Made by a program: the position numbers and the translations under genes. A stretch of 64,000 bases of DNA from positions 12,338,001 through 12,402,000 of the forward strand of contig JAGIQG010000018.1 in assembly GCA_024679065.1 (NCBI GenBank), given 5' to 3'. This document shows, piece after piece, positions 12,675-26,855 of this stretch. The notes under the pieces are model-generated. The model saw nothing but the letters and a program-made list of their open reading frames with translations, was not told the DNA's origin and did not search any database. Each line of letters starts with the position of its first letter. The first letter of the stretch is position 1. The stretch is from Sphyrna mokarran (taxonomy: Eukaryota).

Positions 12675-14830
12675 TCTTTTGTTGTGCATGGTCATTGTCG
12701 AGCACTCTGCAGCCCGAAAGTAAATTGTCACTTACCACATGTCTTTTTAGGAGCAGAGACTACTTCAGTATCTTGAGGTGCGAATGGTGCTGAACATTGT
12801 GCAACCTGACCTTGTGATGGATGTCATTGGTGAACCAGCTTAAGGTGGTTGGGTCTAGACATTACCTTGAGGAACTTTTGCTGCTTTGTCCCAGAGCTGA
12901 GAGAACAACCACTATTACCACGTTAGACGTGCTCGCTATGACTCCATCCAATGAAGGGCTCTCTCTAATTTTGATTGACTCCAGTTTTGCAAGGGTTCCT
13001 TGATACCACATTCGTTCAAATGCTGCCTTGATGTCAAGGCCAATTACTCCGACCCCATATTGGAAGTTCAGTTCTTTGGTCCATGTTTGGACCAAGGCTT
13101 TAATGAGGTTAGCAGCAGAGTGGCCTCAGCAAAACACAAATTTAGCATCAGTGAACAGGTTATTGTGAACTAAGTGCTGCTTCATACCCCTTTCATCATT
13201 TTACTGATGATCAAGAGCAGACTGATGGAGCTCAAGTGGCCAGGTTGGATTTATCCTGCATTACATACTTCGGCAATTTTCCATAAAACTGTGTAGATGT
13301 CAGTGCTGTTGCTAATCTAAAACAGCTTAGCTAGGGGCATGACATGTTCTGGAGCACAAGACTTCATAATTATTGCTGGATTTTATAATTATTGCTGGAA
13401 TATTGTCATGAATATGGTCTTTGCAATATCCAGCACTTAGTTCACAATAACCTGTTCACTGATGCTAAATGTGTTTTGCTGAGGCCACTCTGCTGCTAAC
13501 CTCATTAAAGCCTTGGTCCAAACATGGACCAAAGAACTGAACTTCCAATATGGGGTCGGAGTAATTGGCCTTGACATCAAGGCAGCATTTGAACGAATGT
13601 GGTATCAAGGAACCCTTGCAAAACTGAAGTCAATCAAAATTAGAGAAAGCTCTTCATTGGATGGAGTCATAGCGAGCATGTCTAACGTGGTAATAGTCAT
13701 GTAGAGCAAATCGAATTGACTGAAGACTGGCACTGTGATGTTGGCCAAATAGATCAACCTTCAGGCTGAAGATTGTAGCAAATCGTTCAGCCTTATCTTT
13801 TGCACTGATTTATTGGGATTCCCATCATTTAAAATGGGGATATTTGTGCAGTCTTGTTCTCCTTTCAATTGTTTAATTATCTATCACCTTCATTACTGAT
13901 ATGGCAGAACTGCAGAGCTTAGAAATGTTTGTTGTGGGTTGTTTAGCTTCATCTGTTACCTGCTGATCACACTGTTTTGCTTGCAAGTAGCCCTGCGTTA
14001 TAGCTTCATGAGGCTGGCACCTCATTTTAAGTATGCCTGGTGCTGCTCCTGCCTTGCCAAGCTGCATTCTCTATTTGATCAGGGTTGACCCCACAGCTTA
14101 ATGCTAATGGTAGAAGTGAGAATGTGTCAGGCCATGAAATTACAGATTATGGTTAAAAACAATTCTGCTGCTGCTGACAACCCACAGTAGCTAATGAGTG
14201 CCGATTTGGAGTTGCCAGAATGAAACTATTCCATTTAACAGTAATTTTCCCACATAGCATAATGGAAAGCATCTTCAATGTGAAGACAGAACTTCATTGA
14301 CACAAGGGTTGTGCAGTGATCATGCCTACTGATCTTGTTAGGGACAGATGCATCCTGACAGGTAAATTGGTGGAAACGAAATCAAGTAGTGTTTTGCTCC
14401 TTTTGGTTCCCCACTACCTGTTGTAGACCCAGTCTAACAGGCTTATCCTCAGAATTTGGCCAACTTGGTAAGGAGTGGTGCTAAGTGGCAATTAGCAGGA
14501 TGTTATACCATGGAGACCAAAGTCAACGTTGAGGAATCACAGGCAACTCTCTCTCAACTATATACCACTATGCCAATACTTCTGGCTGGCCAAAGGGACA
14601 GGACATGTGTGAGGACAGTGACGGTGATGTCTGAAAAATCGTCTCTAAGGTATGATTCCACAAGTGTGACTATGCCAGATTGTTCTTGACTGGTCTGTAA
14701 AACAGCTCTCCATAAGACTCCAGATGTTAGTAAGGTGACCTTTGCAGGCTTGATAGGGCTAGGTGTGCCACTGCTATTTTTGATGCCTAGATCAATGCCA
14801 GGTGGTCCATCCACTTTCTTTCCTTATTAA
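12675..14830 (-). mobile_element. Decayed CR1/L2-group LINE (endonuclease-RT ORF2 remnant)
   Basis: VQTWTKELN...LDIKAAFERMWYQGTLAKL RT motif; endonuclease-like IVTLVESYL further 5'. Confidence 0.8.
13431..13697 (+). repeat. Inverted duplication of 12911-13179 inside a decayed LINE
   Basis: ORFs 12862..13095(-) and 13513..13704(+) are nearly identical; by eye about 4 substitutions and one 2-nt indel over ~269 nt. Confidence 0.93.
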
Positions 14831-16194
14831 CTAAGGAAGGCTTGATGCCATGTCACTGACAACGGTGCTACCCACTACAAACACGGATGAATCTGATGAC
14901 TGGTCGCAATAGTGTTCAATTGCTATTTTTGACAATCAGCTCAGTGGAGCTGAAAACACATCACATGATAACATCATGCAATTTGTTCCAGTGTCCTGCA
15001 CTCAGCTCACCTGCAGCTCTTTAACGTTTGTGAACAGGACCTTAAACCAGACCATGTCCAGCCGAGTTACTCAAGTTTTGCCAGAAAACAATGATGTGCA
15101 AAGTTTCTGTTTAATAGTACATCATGCATTGATCAAGCTTGCTGCCCCTGACAGGACTATTGCGATTTATTGATTAAGTAATCAAAGGGCAATTGGACCC
15201 ATCATATCTCACTGCAGAGTGCAGCTCATGTGACTGATATAAAACACAGTAATAAAACCTGGAGTAGTTTACAGTTCCGTCTGACATTTAATAGTCAGTG
15301 AGACAATTTACAATTCACATTGATGTCTGGTTCAGTTAACCTGCAACCAATGCTTTTACCTAAATAAAATATAACAACAATTCATTGTCAGTTCATTTCA
15401 AAATATAGTAAAATGATATACAAATGCAAACTCCATCATTCAACTTCCCTTATTCCATAGCGTGTACCTCATATGATGATCTTCAATGCAACAGTCAACT
15501 CCCTGCTTGACCATCTTTGCGTACAGTCAATGTCATAGAAATAGACTACAGCTCCTCAAAACTGTACCACCATTCATCCAGGGCATGGTTGATATATCTC
15601 TCAACTCCACATGTCCTTTAGCAGCCAGCACTAACTGCTTGCATATAATCCCTTTTGCTGCACTCCTTCCAGCCCCAGTGGAAACAATAACCATCTATTT
15701 CTTTTATCCTTTAGAAAATCTCAATTAAATAACCCCTTAATCTTCTTTATTCAAGAAAACATAAGCAAAGTATATGTAACCTATAATAATTTAGCTTTTA
15801 GCCCAATACTAATGCACTATTTTAATAGCAGGTCATTACTGGCAACTAAGCCTACCTTATATTCGAACATACTTCTGCCAAGATTTGCCAGCTAAATCAT
15901 CAGGATGCCAATCTGGTTTCACTTGCATGAACTGGGGCTGAGGAAATGGCTGCCACACCTCAAATGAGCGTATCAACAGACAAACTTTGAGCTCCCTGAT
16001 TCAACCACGAAGCAAATGCACACCGAATTGTAGATTTAATTCCTACAAATCAAAGTGTTCCTTCTTTTGCTACAAATCAAAGTGTTCCTTCTTAATACAT
16101 TGTTTTACAAGTGGAACATGTTCAATTTTACTGATTAATAAATTTTAAGATATAATCGAAACATGATAAAGACAGTGATACTAATTTACGCATA

Positions 16195-16890
16195 AAACAA
16201 AAAATGCCAGAAAATCTCATGATCTGACAGCATCTGTGGATAAATAATATAGCCAATATTTAAAATCCTGATGACCCTCAAAAGAGAGCTGTAGAGAAGG
16301 AAAATAGGACAAGCTGTAGGAGGGTGGGAATGGTATAGACAAAAAGATAAAAAGGGAAAATAAATGGTGATAAAAGCTAGGAATAGTTCTGATAGGGACC
16401 ATTAAGAGGTCAGAATGTGTCAACCGCAAACAAAGATGTAGAGTGAAGAAGTATGGCAGAAGGCCTAAGGGATGCAGGGGGGTGCAAAACAAGATGGAAA
16501 GTAGGATTTTAGAAGTGGACAAATAAAAATAACAAACTAATATGAATGGATTAATAAGTTGAAAAGAAGAAATAAAGTCAAGTAAAGGAAATGGAGTGGA
16601 GGTGGAGGACAGTGTTCATGCTCTGAAGTTGACGAACTCAGTGTTCAGTCCAGAAGGCTGTAAACTGCCCAAGTGGAAGATGAGCTGCTATTTCTCCAGT
16701 TTACGCTGGGCTTCATTGGAACACTGCAAAAAGCTAAAGACGGATAAGTGGGCGGAGTGGATAAGTGGGTTGTGTCTTGAAATGGCAACTCAAAAGGAAG
16801 GTCTAGGTCCTGCTTGTGGATGGACAAAAGGAGTTCAACAAAGCGGTCACCCAGTTACGTTTAGTCTCTCTGACGTAGAGCACAATTGAG
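16195..16890 (-). mobile_element. Penelope-like element 3' remnant (GIY-YIG endonuclease C-terminus)
   Basis: Minus-strand translation resembling QCSNEAQRKLEK..LIFHLGSLQPSGLNTEF followed by a pyrimidine-rich tail. Confidence 0.7.
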
Positions 16891-19800
16891 AGAGGTTGAG
16901 GCAGAACACCATGGCACAACGACAGCGCGCAGCAATTTGTCTTTTGTTTTCACTCTGGAGAAAATTCACATGCAACTGATATGCATTGATTTTACATTCA
17001 AACATTGCAATGTGTGAATTTCCTCAATCCATCAATCTAAATCCCAGTAATTCCTTTTGTTTTCCACATGACATATTCTCTGATTTTGCACCAATTCAGA
17101 GATGCAGTCAATACAACCCTCTGCAGCTCATGTTCAATTTTCCAATTCATATATAAAAGACAAAGTCACCTCAGCTCCTGGACTAACAAAACCTACTTAG
17201 ATTCACAATCACAAGATATAGAAGTTGCATAAATCAAGGGTATCTGATTGCAGCACACATATGCTTTCTACAATTTGGTCATGATTTTTGCCGCAATATT
17301 TTGTGGAATCTTGGAATGAAATCCAGTCTGTATTTGGAATGCTGCTAGCCTCAGTACAGTTCAGACTTTTCAGACACCTACTCACAAACACATCACTGAT
17401 CAGTATAATGGACAAAGAAGAGCACCAAAGGCAAGAGATTCAGGGTGTGGTACCATGCACAGCACTGCAATGCACTCGATAGCATCCTATTGCTGCTGAT
17501 ATATTTATGCGAATTTAATGTTGAAGGAACTTCAGATGTGTGTTCCTGCTGACAAATGAAAAAACAGGTGCATATTTCAAAGGAATCTCTGCTCAAATGA
17601 GACTCCAAAAAAAAACACAAATCATTACACCAATTCACTTAAGTTCGAAACTGTGCATTTTCTTTGCCAAACGTGCACACGCAACTTCAGGCCATATACA
17701 ACTTTTAACTCTATAGTCTCATTATCGTCGATACAGCCCAAATTGTCAATACTGAAAGATCATTGTTTTGTAGTTAAAATTTACTAAATCAACAAAGCAA
17801 CAACACAAACAGCCCTTTCCAAACTCCAATTACAAGAAATTCAAATTATCCATTGAAGTTCATCCATGTTTCGTAAGCTGAAATCAACAGCAAAGGCATT
17901 TTCTTACTAAAAGAAATCCGTTTGCTACATCCCAATATGATGATATTGATCTGGAACTTACTGCCCAGGACAGTAGTAGAAGTGAAAACAATTATTTCTA
18001 AAGGAAATATACATCTTGGCCTACAGGGCATGGGATGGACTGGTTTGCTCTATCGAGAGCAGATGCAGATTCAATGGGCCCGATGGTCTTCTTTCACGCC
18101 ATATATGCTGTGACTCTACGATGTATTTCCTATATGTAGAATTCAGCATTGAATTTCATTTTCAAAACTAAAAGGCAATTTTTTGAAAGTTTGCAATATA
18201 TTTTTCATATTTTATGGCTAAAACAACCAATTCCCAAAAACAAACAAGGGACATGCAATATGTAATGGAACCACGTTTTTTTCACTAGAAATTCATTAAA
18301 CTCTTTCCTTTGAGCCCAAAAAATTTCAAATGTGTAAGCAGTGTCCAAAAACTAGTAATTTATATTAGTTTAGTCAAATTTAGAGTGCAATTCTTTATTC
18401 AGTTCTTATTTTAAAACACAAGGCACTAAGCGCTCAGACATTACATTGATCATCTTACAAGAATGTGCCATTATCAGAAGCTTTCCCAGACAACCACTTA
18501 TTTCTCATTTACAAAGCTTAAATTCCAACTTTCATTTTGGATACTACAAGCTTGAAGATAAGAAAGGATACACTCAATCAGTTGTTTCTTTTCCATAAAA
18601 ATCTTTCACATTTGGTATTGAGTCCAACATCAACACTGAAAAGCCTAAAAGCAGGTCATGCCTTCTCACCATCTTTCTATTAGTTAAAAATTAAGTATCT
18701 TTATGGTAGGAAATGATTAATTTTCATCTTGTGGATGTATGTGGAGTTATAGGGACAGAGCCAGCTTTAGGCCTGTGAGATACACATTTGGAGAGTTGGT
18801 GCAGACTTGATGGGCGAAGAGGCCTCCTTCAGCACTGTAGGGATTCTATGGTTATGTTAAACAGCTATAGGAATATTTTGAGCACAGAACAGTTCGATTA
18901 GTTTCAAGTAACTGATATTCTTTGTTCCACTAATGAACACAGTAATTAAACCTAAGATACTTAGAATCAGATCTACTGAAACTCATGCAAGAATATGAGC
19001 TGGTAAAGGCATCATTACAAGTCACATGTTTGTGATCACTGGACTTGCAACTACCAAGGACTAAAAAGGCTATGTAGGAGGGCAAAAGAACGATTTGTTC
19101 CTCTGTCCAAGGACTATGAACTTAAAATTGTTTGCATTATTCTCAGAACAAAAAGGAAAGCAACAATTAAAAATTATAGAAAAAAAAATAGATGTTACAC
19201 AATTAGTTTTTATATTCATTCATGGGGTGTGGGTGTCACTGGTAATGTCAGTATTTAATACCCATATCTAATTTCCCTTGAAGTTGTGGTGAGCTGCCTT
19301 CCTGAACCTCTGAAATGCACATAGGGAAGAAGTGCCAGAATTTTGACCCAGCAATGGTGATCTCTCTTCAAATCAGCGTAATGTGTGGCCTAGAAGGAAA
19401 CTTGGAACAAGTGGGATTTCCTTGCAGGTTCTACTGGAGGTGACAGATTTGAGAGGGGCCAGCAATTAAATGGTATCTGGAAATTTCTATTTCAGTAAGA
19501 TCTTGTTTTCTTAAAAATATTATATAATAGAAAGTTGGGGCAAATCAGCTATTCAGAGGAAAAGTTAGACCAAATGGACTGGTGTATTTCAGCTATGAGA
19601 AAACTAGGGTTGTTCTCCTTAAGAAAGTGAAGGCTGACGGGAGACCTCATTGAGGTGTACACAATTATGAAGGACACAGATGGGAAGAAACTTCCCCTTA
19701 GTTGGGTGGTCAAGAACCAGGGGGCATAGATTTAAGTTAATGGGGGCAGGAACATTTAAAGGGATTTGAGGAAAACCCATCTGCTACACTACGTCCTTTA

Positions 19801-22800
19801 AGGAAGGAAATCTATCCTTATCTGGTCAATGTGATTTACTCTTAAATGCCCTCTGAAATGGCCTATAGCAAGCCACTCAGTTCAAGGGCAACAGAGTGGC
19901 AATAAATGCTGGCCCAGCTAGCAATGCCCACGTGCCATGAATTTCATTTTTTTTCCCCCAAAACTGAAAAAGCCACCAATTCTTTTCATGATCCTACAAG
20001 CACCCATTTTCTAATAGATTATTAATGAATTAAGTGGTCACCAGCAGCTCCAATTTTCACTCAAATCTTTAATCTACAAGGAACAGCACCCCTCATGTCA
20101 GTAATCACAGTAAAACCAGTATCATTATACCAATGTCTTGAAAGTACACCAAGCGTTAACAGATAAAACAGCTAATACTTCCACAAGAAACGTTTCTGAT
20201 ATTTTAAGAGAGTCATTGCATGGTTACAACTGAATGGTTAAAGCCTCCATTAAAACACCAGAGACAGGCACTTTGTATAAATACATTAATGCTGATCACA
20301 GAGACAAATTCCAAAGTCTAAATCTATCCTACAATTGAATGGAGTGGTCAACAGATGTAAACAAACATCAAGATGCATCTCATAGAACACAGTAACTTGC
20401 TATTGGCACATAGGCAATTAAATTATAATGTGCTGCAGGAATACTCAATTCCAAGTTAGCAGAGTCATAGCAACTGGCAAGAGACAACCAGAGAGAATAA
20501 AGTCGATGGGTAAACGATCAGAGAGTGGAACATTTCACTCCATTCAGCAAGACTCTAACAGCGTTGAGAGAAAAGCAATTTTGGATTTGGGAATATTAGC
20601 GGCCAATGGAAAACAAATAAGATAGAATGAGAACTCATGAGAGGCACTGTCATTAATTGACATCACGAACCACTGGAAGGAAAAAGACAAAAATTGGCAG
20701 GAGTCATGCTTCAGATCACATTTCAATACCAACAATTCATCAATGCATCAGTACAAATACTCAAGCTGCAAAGTCCTTGAACATTTTGCTACCTCGTACA
20801 TTTCTGTCCACCTTTCTCAATCTAGTTAATCACGTCAATCACAATTCCACCTGGCAGAACAGAAATGGTCCAAATCAAAGCCATAAATGAAAGCTGGCAC
20901 AATGACAATGGTACATCATCCTTCTTTGACTTCTCTGCAACCTTTGACAAAGTCAAACCAAATAGCTTCAGTCTTACATATCCAGTTGTCAGAACATCTC
21001 CATCTTATCTTCCTGTCCTGACAGCTACCTCTGGGATCCCTCAACCATCTCTCTTGGTCTCTTCTCCCTTTTACAGCAATGCAACCCCTTCCATATATAT
21101 ACTGATAATGTATATATTGCATTATTTCTCCAGCATCTCACTGTTTGATGTGGTCTTTGATGATCTCCAATTTTATTCGGGTAAACAATGACGAGGCCAA
21201 AGCCAGTGTCTTCAGCCCCACCACTAACTACATGACTTTGCCACCAAATCGGGCTGAAAGAGACTGCTCAGAATCTCCTTCACTGTCCTATTTGACAATC
21301 TAACCAAGCTTTTTTTCACCGTTCTTTGACTTAGTAACTTTTTTTTCTGATTACACCTCTTCTGTGCACTAGTTTCCAATCCTCAATTATTGCTGCTGAT
21401 GGTTGCAGCAGAAAAGTACAGGCAGTTTTGTAGCAAATGCTTTTGTTTCAAGTTGTAAGATTTTCATTGGTAACTTGAGAACAGAATAAGAGCAAGACAG
21501 TGTGACTACATACAAGGGCCATTATGCAATGATATAGGGGAAGTTGCAAATCTAGCATCTGAAACATCATCACACCTAAATATCTGGATTATTATCCAAA
21601 CAGAGGTGTTTTCTCCTCATTTTCAAACATTTACTATATGGTAACTAAAAGCATTTTACCAAGAAAGTAAATTTACACGAGATGAACAATGATTCTCGGA
21701 TGCAGAAATACAAGGCCAAGGAATTTGCCCAAAAGTACCCATGACGTGATAATTTTGCTACTTAAAATTTACACATGCCTCGGCAAGTCTATTAGCCTCA
21801 CACAAGAAAGTTGCTGATTTATATTTCATTGTAACTTATTGGAAAAATTTAGCAAGCTACCAGATCTTCCAGGCACCCACTTCCTTCCAGCAGAAAAGGT
21901 GATACAAAGCAGGACTAAATCAAACCCTTGGGCGAGAATTTTATGATCTTTCACGCCAATGAGATTTTCCCATCCCACTGCAGCAATTTGGCTTGCTGCC
22001 AAATTCTCTGCAGCAGAAGCTTGGCATGAATCGGCAGTAAGATCACACCTGCTGTCTGTCTAAGTTGCTAATAAATTGGCTTTAGGAAAAGTTCTTATAT
22101 TGGGGTGGAATCTGGAATAGCCAATAGCATCTCCATAGTGAACTGGCTTGCCTGGCCAAAACCAATTAGAAAGAGTCAGGAACCAGTGTAATTAGCATAC
22201 ATTGTTCTCTAAAACTGGATTAGCCAGTGAGCTCTGTGGGCCCTGTGTATTGCATACGTGAATAAGTTACTCCTATTCCACACTGTTTGTGAGTTAGCAC
22301 TGATAATGGACTTTCCCAAACCTTCAGATCTGCAGAATTTAAAAAGCCAGGAAGTTGTCAAATAAAAGTAGTTGCAAGTACGGCACAACAATTTAGCAAC
22401 CAAGAGTGGTTGTAACAGTATCAAAGATCCATCAGTCTATGGAAGGGTGTAGTATGGTCAATGGTGAGGACAGAATGGTTCCTATAGTTGAACACCCTCT
22501 CAACATTCCCTGTCAGGTACTTAAACATAGCTATCAAATTGCAAAGAAAAGCAAAAGATTTTACAGTAGAAATTTCCAAATGCTAAATAAATGCATTATC
22601 TGGTATGCAATATCAAACTAAGTGGACTAGCAAGTTTCAGGTTTAATCCTTCATTGCTTCTGAACTAACTTATTTCAGTTAGGGTCTACCTTAGTCTCAG
22701 ATGCACTTGCCCTATCGCGGGAGGAATCCTGGGGATTCCAATGCTGGGGACATTGTCGGTAATTCCCCAGCAAATCCTTTTGGAAAGGATGGTTGTCATC

Positions 22801-22904
22801 GGTCATGGATGAAGAGACATACATTTTTCACAGCATGGGTGTAAAAAATTGCAACTTGGCTGAAGTACCAGAAGAGTGCATAAAGAGCCATGCTCCAATG
22901 TAAC

Positions 22905-24560
22905 AGTAAGAAGCCTCGCAACACCAGATTAAAGTCCAACTGGTTTATTTGGTAGTACAAGTTACTGGTTTGCCAAGTGCTTTTCCTTCATCAGGAATCA
23001 TTGTTCATCTTATGTAAATTTACTTTCTTGGTAAAATGCTTTTAGTTACCATATAGTAAATGTTTGAAAATGAAGAGAAAACACAAACAGGGCATATAAA
23101 GACACAAAGTCAATTTACAAAATAATGGTTGGAATACGAGTCGTCACAGGAAATCAAGTCTTAAAGGTACAGACAATGTGAGTGCAGAGGGAGTTAAGCA
23201 CAGAGAGGTGAGTATTGTCTCCAGCTAGGACAGGTAGTGAGATTTTGCCCAGACAAGTCATGGCGGGGAGTTGGTTGGTTTTACACACAGTATGACATGA
23301 ACCCAAGATCCCTGTTGAGGCCATCCTCTTGTGTGCACAATTCAGTTATCAGTTTCTGCTCAGTGACTCTGCATTGTCGTGCGTCATGAAGGAAGCCTAG
23401 GAGAACATTTACCCGAAGATCAGAAACCAAATGCCTGTGACTGCTGAAGTGTCCCTGAATAGGAACAGAACACTCTTGTGATTGTTGAGCGGTGTTCATT
23501 CATCTGTTGTTGTAGTATCTGCATAATCTCCCCAATGTACTATGCATTGGGACATCCTTTCCTGCAGCGTATCAGGTAGACAACGTTAGCCCAGTTGCAA
23601 ACATACGTACAGTGTACTTGGTGGTTGGTGTTCTGACATGAAATGATGGCATCCGTGTCGATGATCCGACATCTTGCAGAGTTGCTGTGGTAAGGTTGTG
23701 TTGTGGTCACTATTCTTCTGAAGGCTGGGTAGTTTGCTAAGGACAATGGTCTGTTTGAGGGTGTGCGGTTGTTTAAAGGCAAGAAGTGGGAATATGGGGA
23801 TGGCCTTAGTGAAACGTTCGTCTTCAATAACATGTTGAAGGCTCTGCAGAATATATAGTAGCTTCTCTGCTCCAGGGAAGTACTGGACGACTTAGTGTTT
23901 GTCTTCTGAGGAGGTTGGTGCAGTTTTTCACTGTGGCGCATCAGGACTGTTGATTGATGAGTCTAGCACCATATCTTTTTCTTATGATGGCATCTTTCAG
24001 CATCTGAAGATGTCTGTTGCAATTCTCCTCATCTGAACAGATTCTATGTATACTGAGGGCTTGTCTGTACAGATGGCTTCTTAAACATGTTCAAGATGGC
24101 AGCTGGAGAAGTGCAGCACCTTGAGGTTATTTGTGGACTTGCAATACAGTGAAGTGCTGAGGTGACCGTCCTTAATGGAGATGCATGTGTCCAAAAGTGC
24201 ATCTGATTCTGGAGAGTAGTTCATGGTGAGTCTGAAGGTGGGAACTTGATATCAGCGGAGTTGGTTTAGTGATTGTTCCCATGAGTCCAAAGGAAGAAAA
24301 CGTCATCAATGTATCTACTTTATTGCATCAGCTGAAGGTCCTGTGCAGCGAAGAGGTCTTATTCAAATCTGTGCATGAAGATGTTGGCATATTGAGGTGT
24401 GAATTTGTTCACAGTGTCTGGATGAAGAACTGGTTGTTCAAGGTGAAGGTAGTGTGGTCCGGGATGAAGCGGATGACTTGTAAAATTGCATCTGGAGATT
24501 GGCACAAGTTATTCAGGTGTCTATGCGGCCTTGCAACTCTGTACAAGAACTTACGTTCAT
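22905..24560 (-). mobile_element. Penelope-like retroelement remnant (RT + GIY-YIG)
   Basis: YVCNWANVVYLIRCRKGCP, EQKLITELCTQEDGLNRDLGFMS and ILQVIRFIPDHTTFTLNNQFFIQ motifs; terminal repeat shared with 25899-26515. Confidence 0.88.
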
Positions 24561-25898
24561 GCAGCATATTGAATGTAACAAAGTCCCACGACACTTCACG
24601 ACAGTGTTATAAAGCAAAGATGGACATTGAGCCACAGACATATTAGGACAGATGGCCAAAGGTCAAAGAGGTTGGTTTTAAGGAGCATCAGAAAGGAGGA
24701 AGAGGGGTAGAGACTTTCAGGAAGGAAATCCCATATCTTAGAGCCTAGGCATCTGAAGGCACAGCAGCCAATCTTGGAGCAATTAAAAGTCAGGGATGCT
24801 CAAGATACCAGAATGAGAAAGACATATTTTTCAGCAAGGTGTGATGCTCAGATTAGAGATAGAGGGTGGCAAGATCACCAAGGAATTCAAAAATAAGAAT
24901 GAGAATTTTAAATTTGAGGATCAGAAAAGATTCTCACGAATTCTTCTATGAATTAGTTTTACAATTTTGTTTAAAGACTATAACTCGGTTCAAATTCAGA
25001 CTGAGGGCTTGGAGCACGGAATGAGGAGGACACTGCAGAAGCAATTAGAATTTGACTTTAAAGGATTTTAAAGTCCTTGCCCTCCATATAATAAATTACA
25101 ATGCAAGGCCAAAAAAAAGCAATTTTTATCATTATTGTGATCCAATCTATACACAAAGATTTAACCTATTAGGATGAAACAAGTTGGATTTGATTAGTTG
25201 AAGATAGCATTTCTATTTTGATTCCAGGTTGTCTTCTGAGGAGAGAGAATAGAACGGGCCCACATTCTCTGGAGTTCAGAACCATGAGAGAGCTTGCTAG
25301 GTTAAAATGTCAAAGCGATCTGTGGCTGGAGAATTTTGAAATAGGAGTCATATTATAATACTATCAGCCATTTTGGATTGAGATAAGGAGAAATTTCTTC
25401 AGCTAGGGGATTTATATCTTTGGAATTTGCTATGCCAGAGAGCTGTGGATGTTCAGTCATGTGTTCAACAAATATTTGGACACTAAGAATTTGGATAAAT
25501 AAGGATTGAATAGGAATATGGAAATTGGGCAGAGGTTATCTTGCTGCGCGGTAAAGTATTGCTTCTGTCAAGTTGACCAACAGCTGGAACAGCTAACTAG
25601 GAACAGTGGTTAAGGCTAGAAACACTAGATTCATTTCAGCATCTAAACATTTAACTGGCAGGGGATTGAGCTGCTATTCTGGAAGGACACGATGAAATGG
25701 AACGAAGCTCTTCAAAACCTATCTGGTAACAATGTGACGAGTGCTCTGTTCAGACAAGCAAGTTACGTGCACCAGTAAATTAGTTCAAAATATAAAATGA
25801 ATTCTTGCTTGCTGTGCCAATACAATTTTCTTATGCACATTTACACTTTAGTCCATTTTAACATTTTGCACCTATAAAAACTGCTCATTTCAAGCACA

Positions 25899-26515
25899 GT
25901 AAGAGTCTCCCAACACCAGATTAAAGTCCAACAGGTTTATTTGTTAGCAAATGCCACTGGCTTTCAGGACTCTGCTCCTTCGTCAGGTGAATGGGGAGTT
26001 CTGATCGCAAACGGGGTACATAAAGACACACACAGTTTACAGAATACTGATTAGAATGCGAGTCTTTACAGCTTATCAAGTCTTAAAGGTGCAGACAACG
26101 CGAGTGGATATAGCATTAAGCATAGGTTAAAGAGATGCGTATTGTCGCCAGACAGGACAATAAGTGAGATGTTGCAAGCACAGGCAAGTCACGGGGGTTA
26201 CAAATAGTGTGTTACACTAATGTAACATCTCACTTTTGTCCAGTCTGGAGATAATACTCATCTCTTTAACCTACGCTTAATGCTATCTCCACTCACATTG
26301 TCTGCAGCTTTAAGTCGATTATCTGTAAAGTCTCTTGTTCTAATCAGTATTTTGTAAACTGTGTGCCTTTATATTTGATCAGAACTCCGCACTCATCTGA
26401 CGAGGAGCAGAGCCCCGAAAACTAGTGACGTTTGCTACCAAATAAACCTCTTGTGAACCTCGTGTTATGAGACTCCTTACTCTGTTTACCCCAGTCCAAT
26501 GCCAGCATCTCCATA
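25899..26515. mobile_element. Palindromic non-autonomous Penelope terminal-repeat element with hammerhead-like cores
   Basis: Arms ~25899-26176 and ~26221-26481 are imperfect reverse complements; CTGACGA...GAAA in each arm. Confidence 0.8.
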
Positions 26516-26532
26516 TTATTTCAAGCACATCA

Positions 26533-26855
26533 GGACAGCATGGTGGCAGTGTGGTTAGCACTGCTGCCTCTCAGCACCAAGGACCTGGATTTGATTCCCA
26601 GCTTGGGTGATGATCTGTCTGGCGTTTGCACATGCTCCGTGTCTGCATGGGTTTCCTGCGGGTCGTCTAGTTTCCTCCCATAATCCAAAGATGTGCAGGG
26701 TTACGTTGGTTGGCCATGCTAAATTGCCCCTCAGCATCAAGGTGATTAGCAGGATAAATACGTGAGGTTACGGATTAGGACATGGGTGAGATTGTTACCA
26801 GTGCAGATTTGATTGGTCAAATGGCCTCTTTCTGCACTGGAGGGATCCTATGATT
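26533..26855 (+). mobile_element. HE1-type SINE
   Basis: Full head, core and tail ending ATGATTCTATTCT. Confidence 0.85.
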
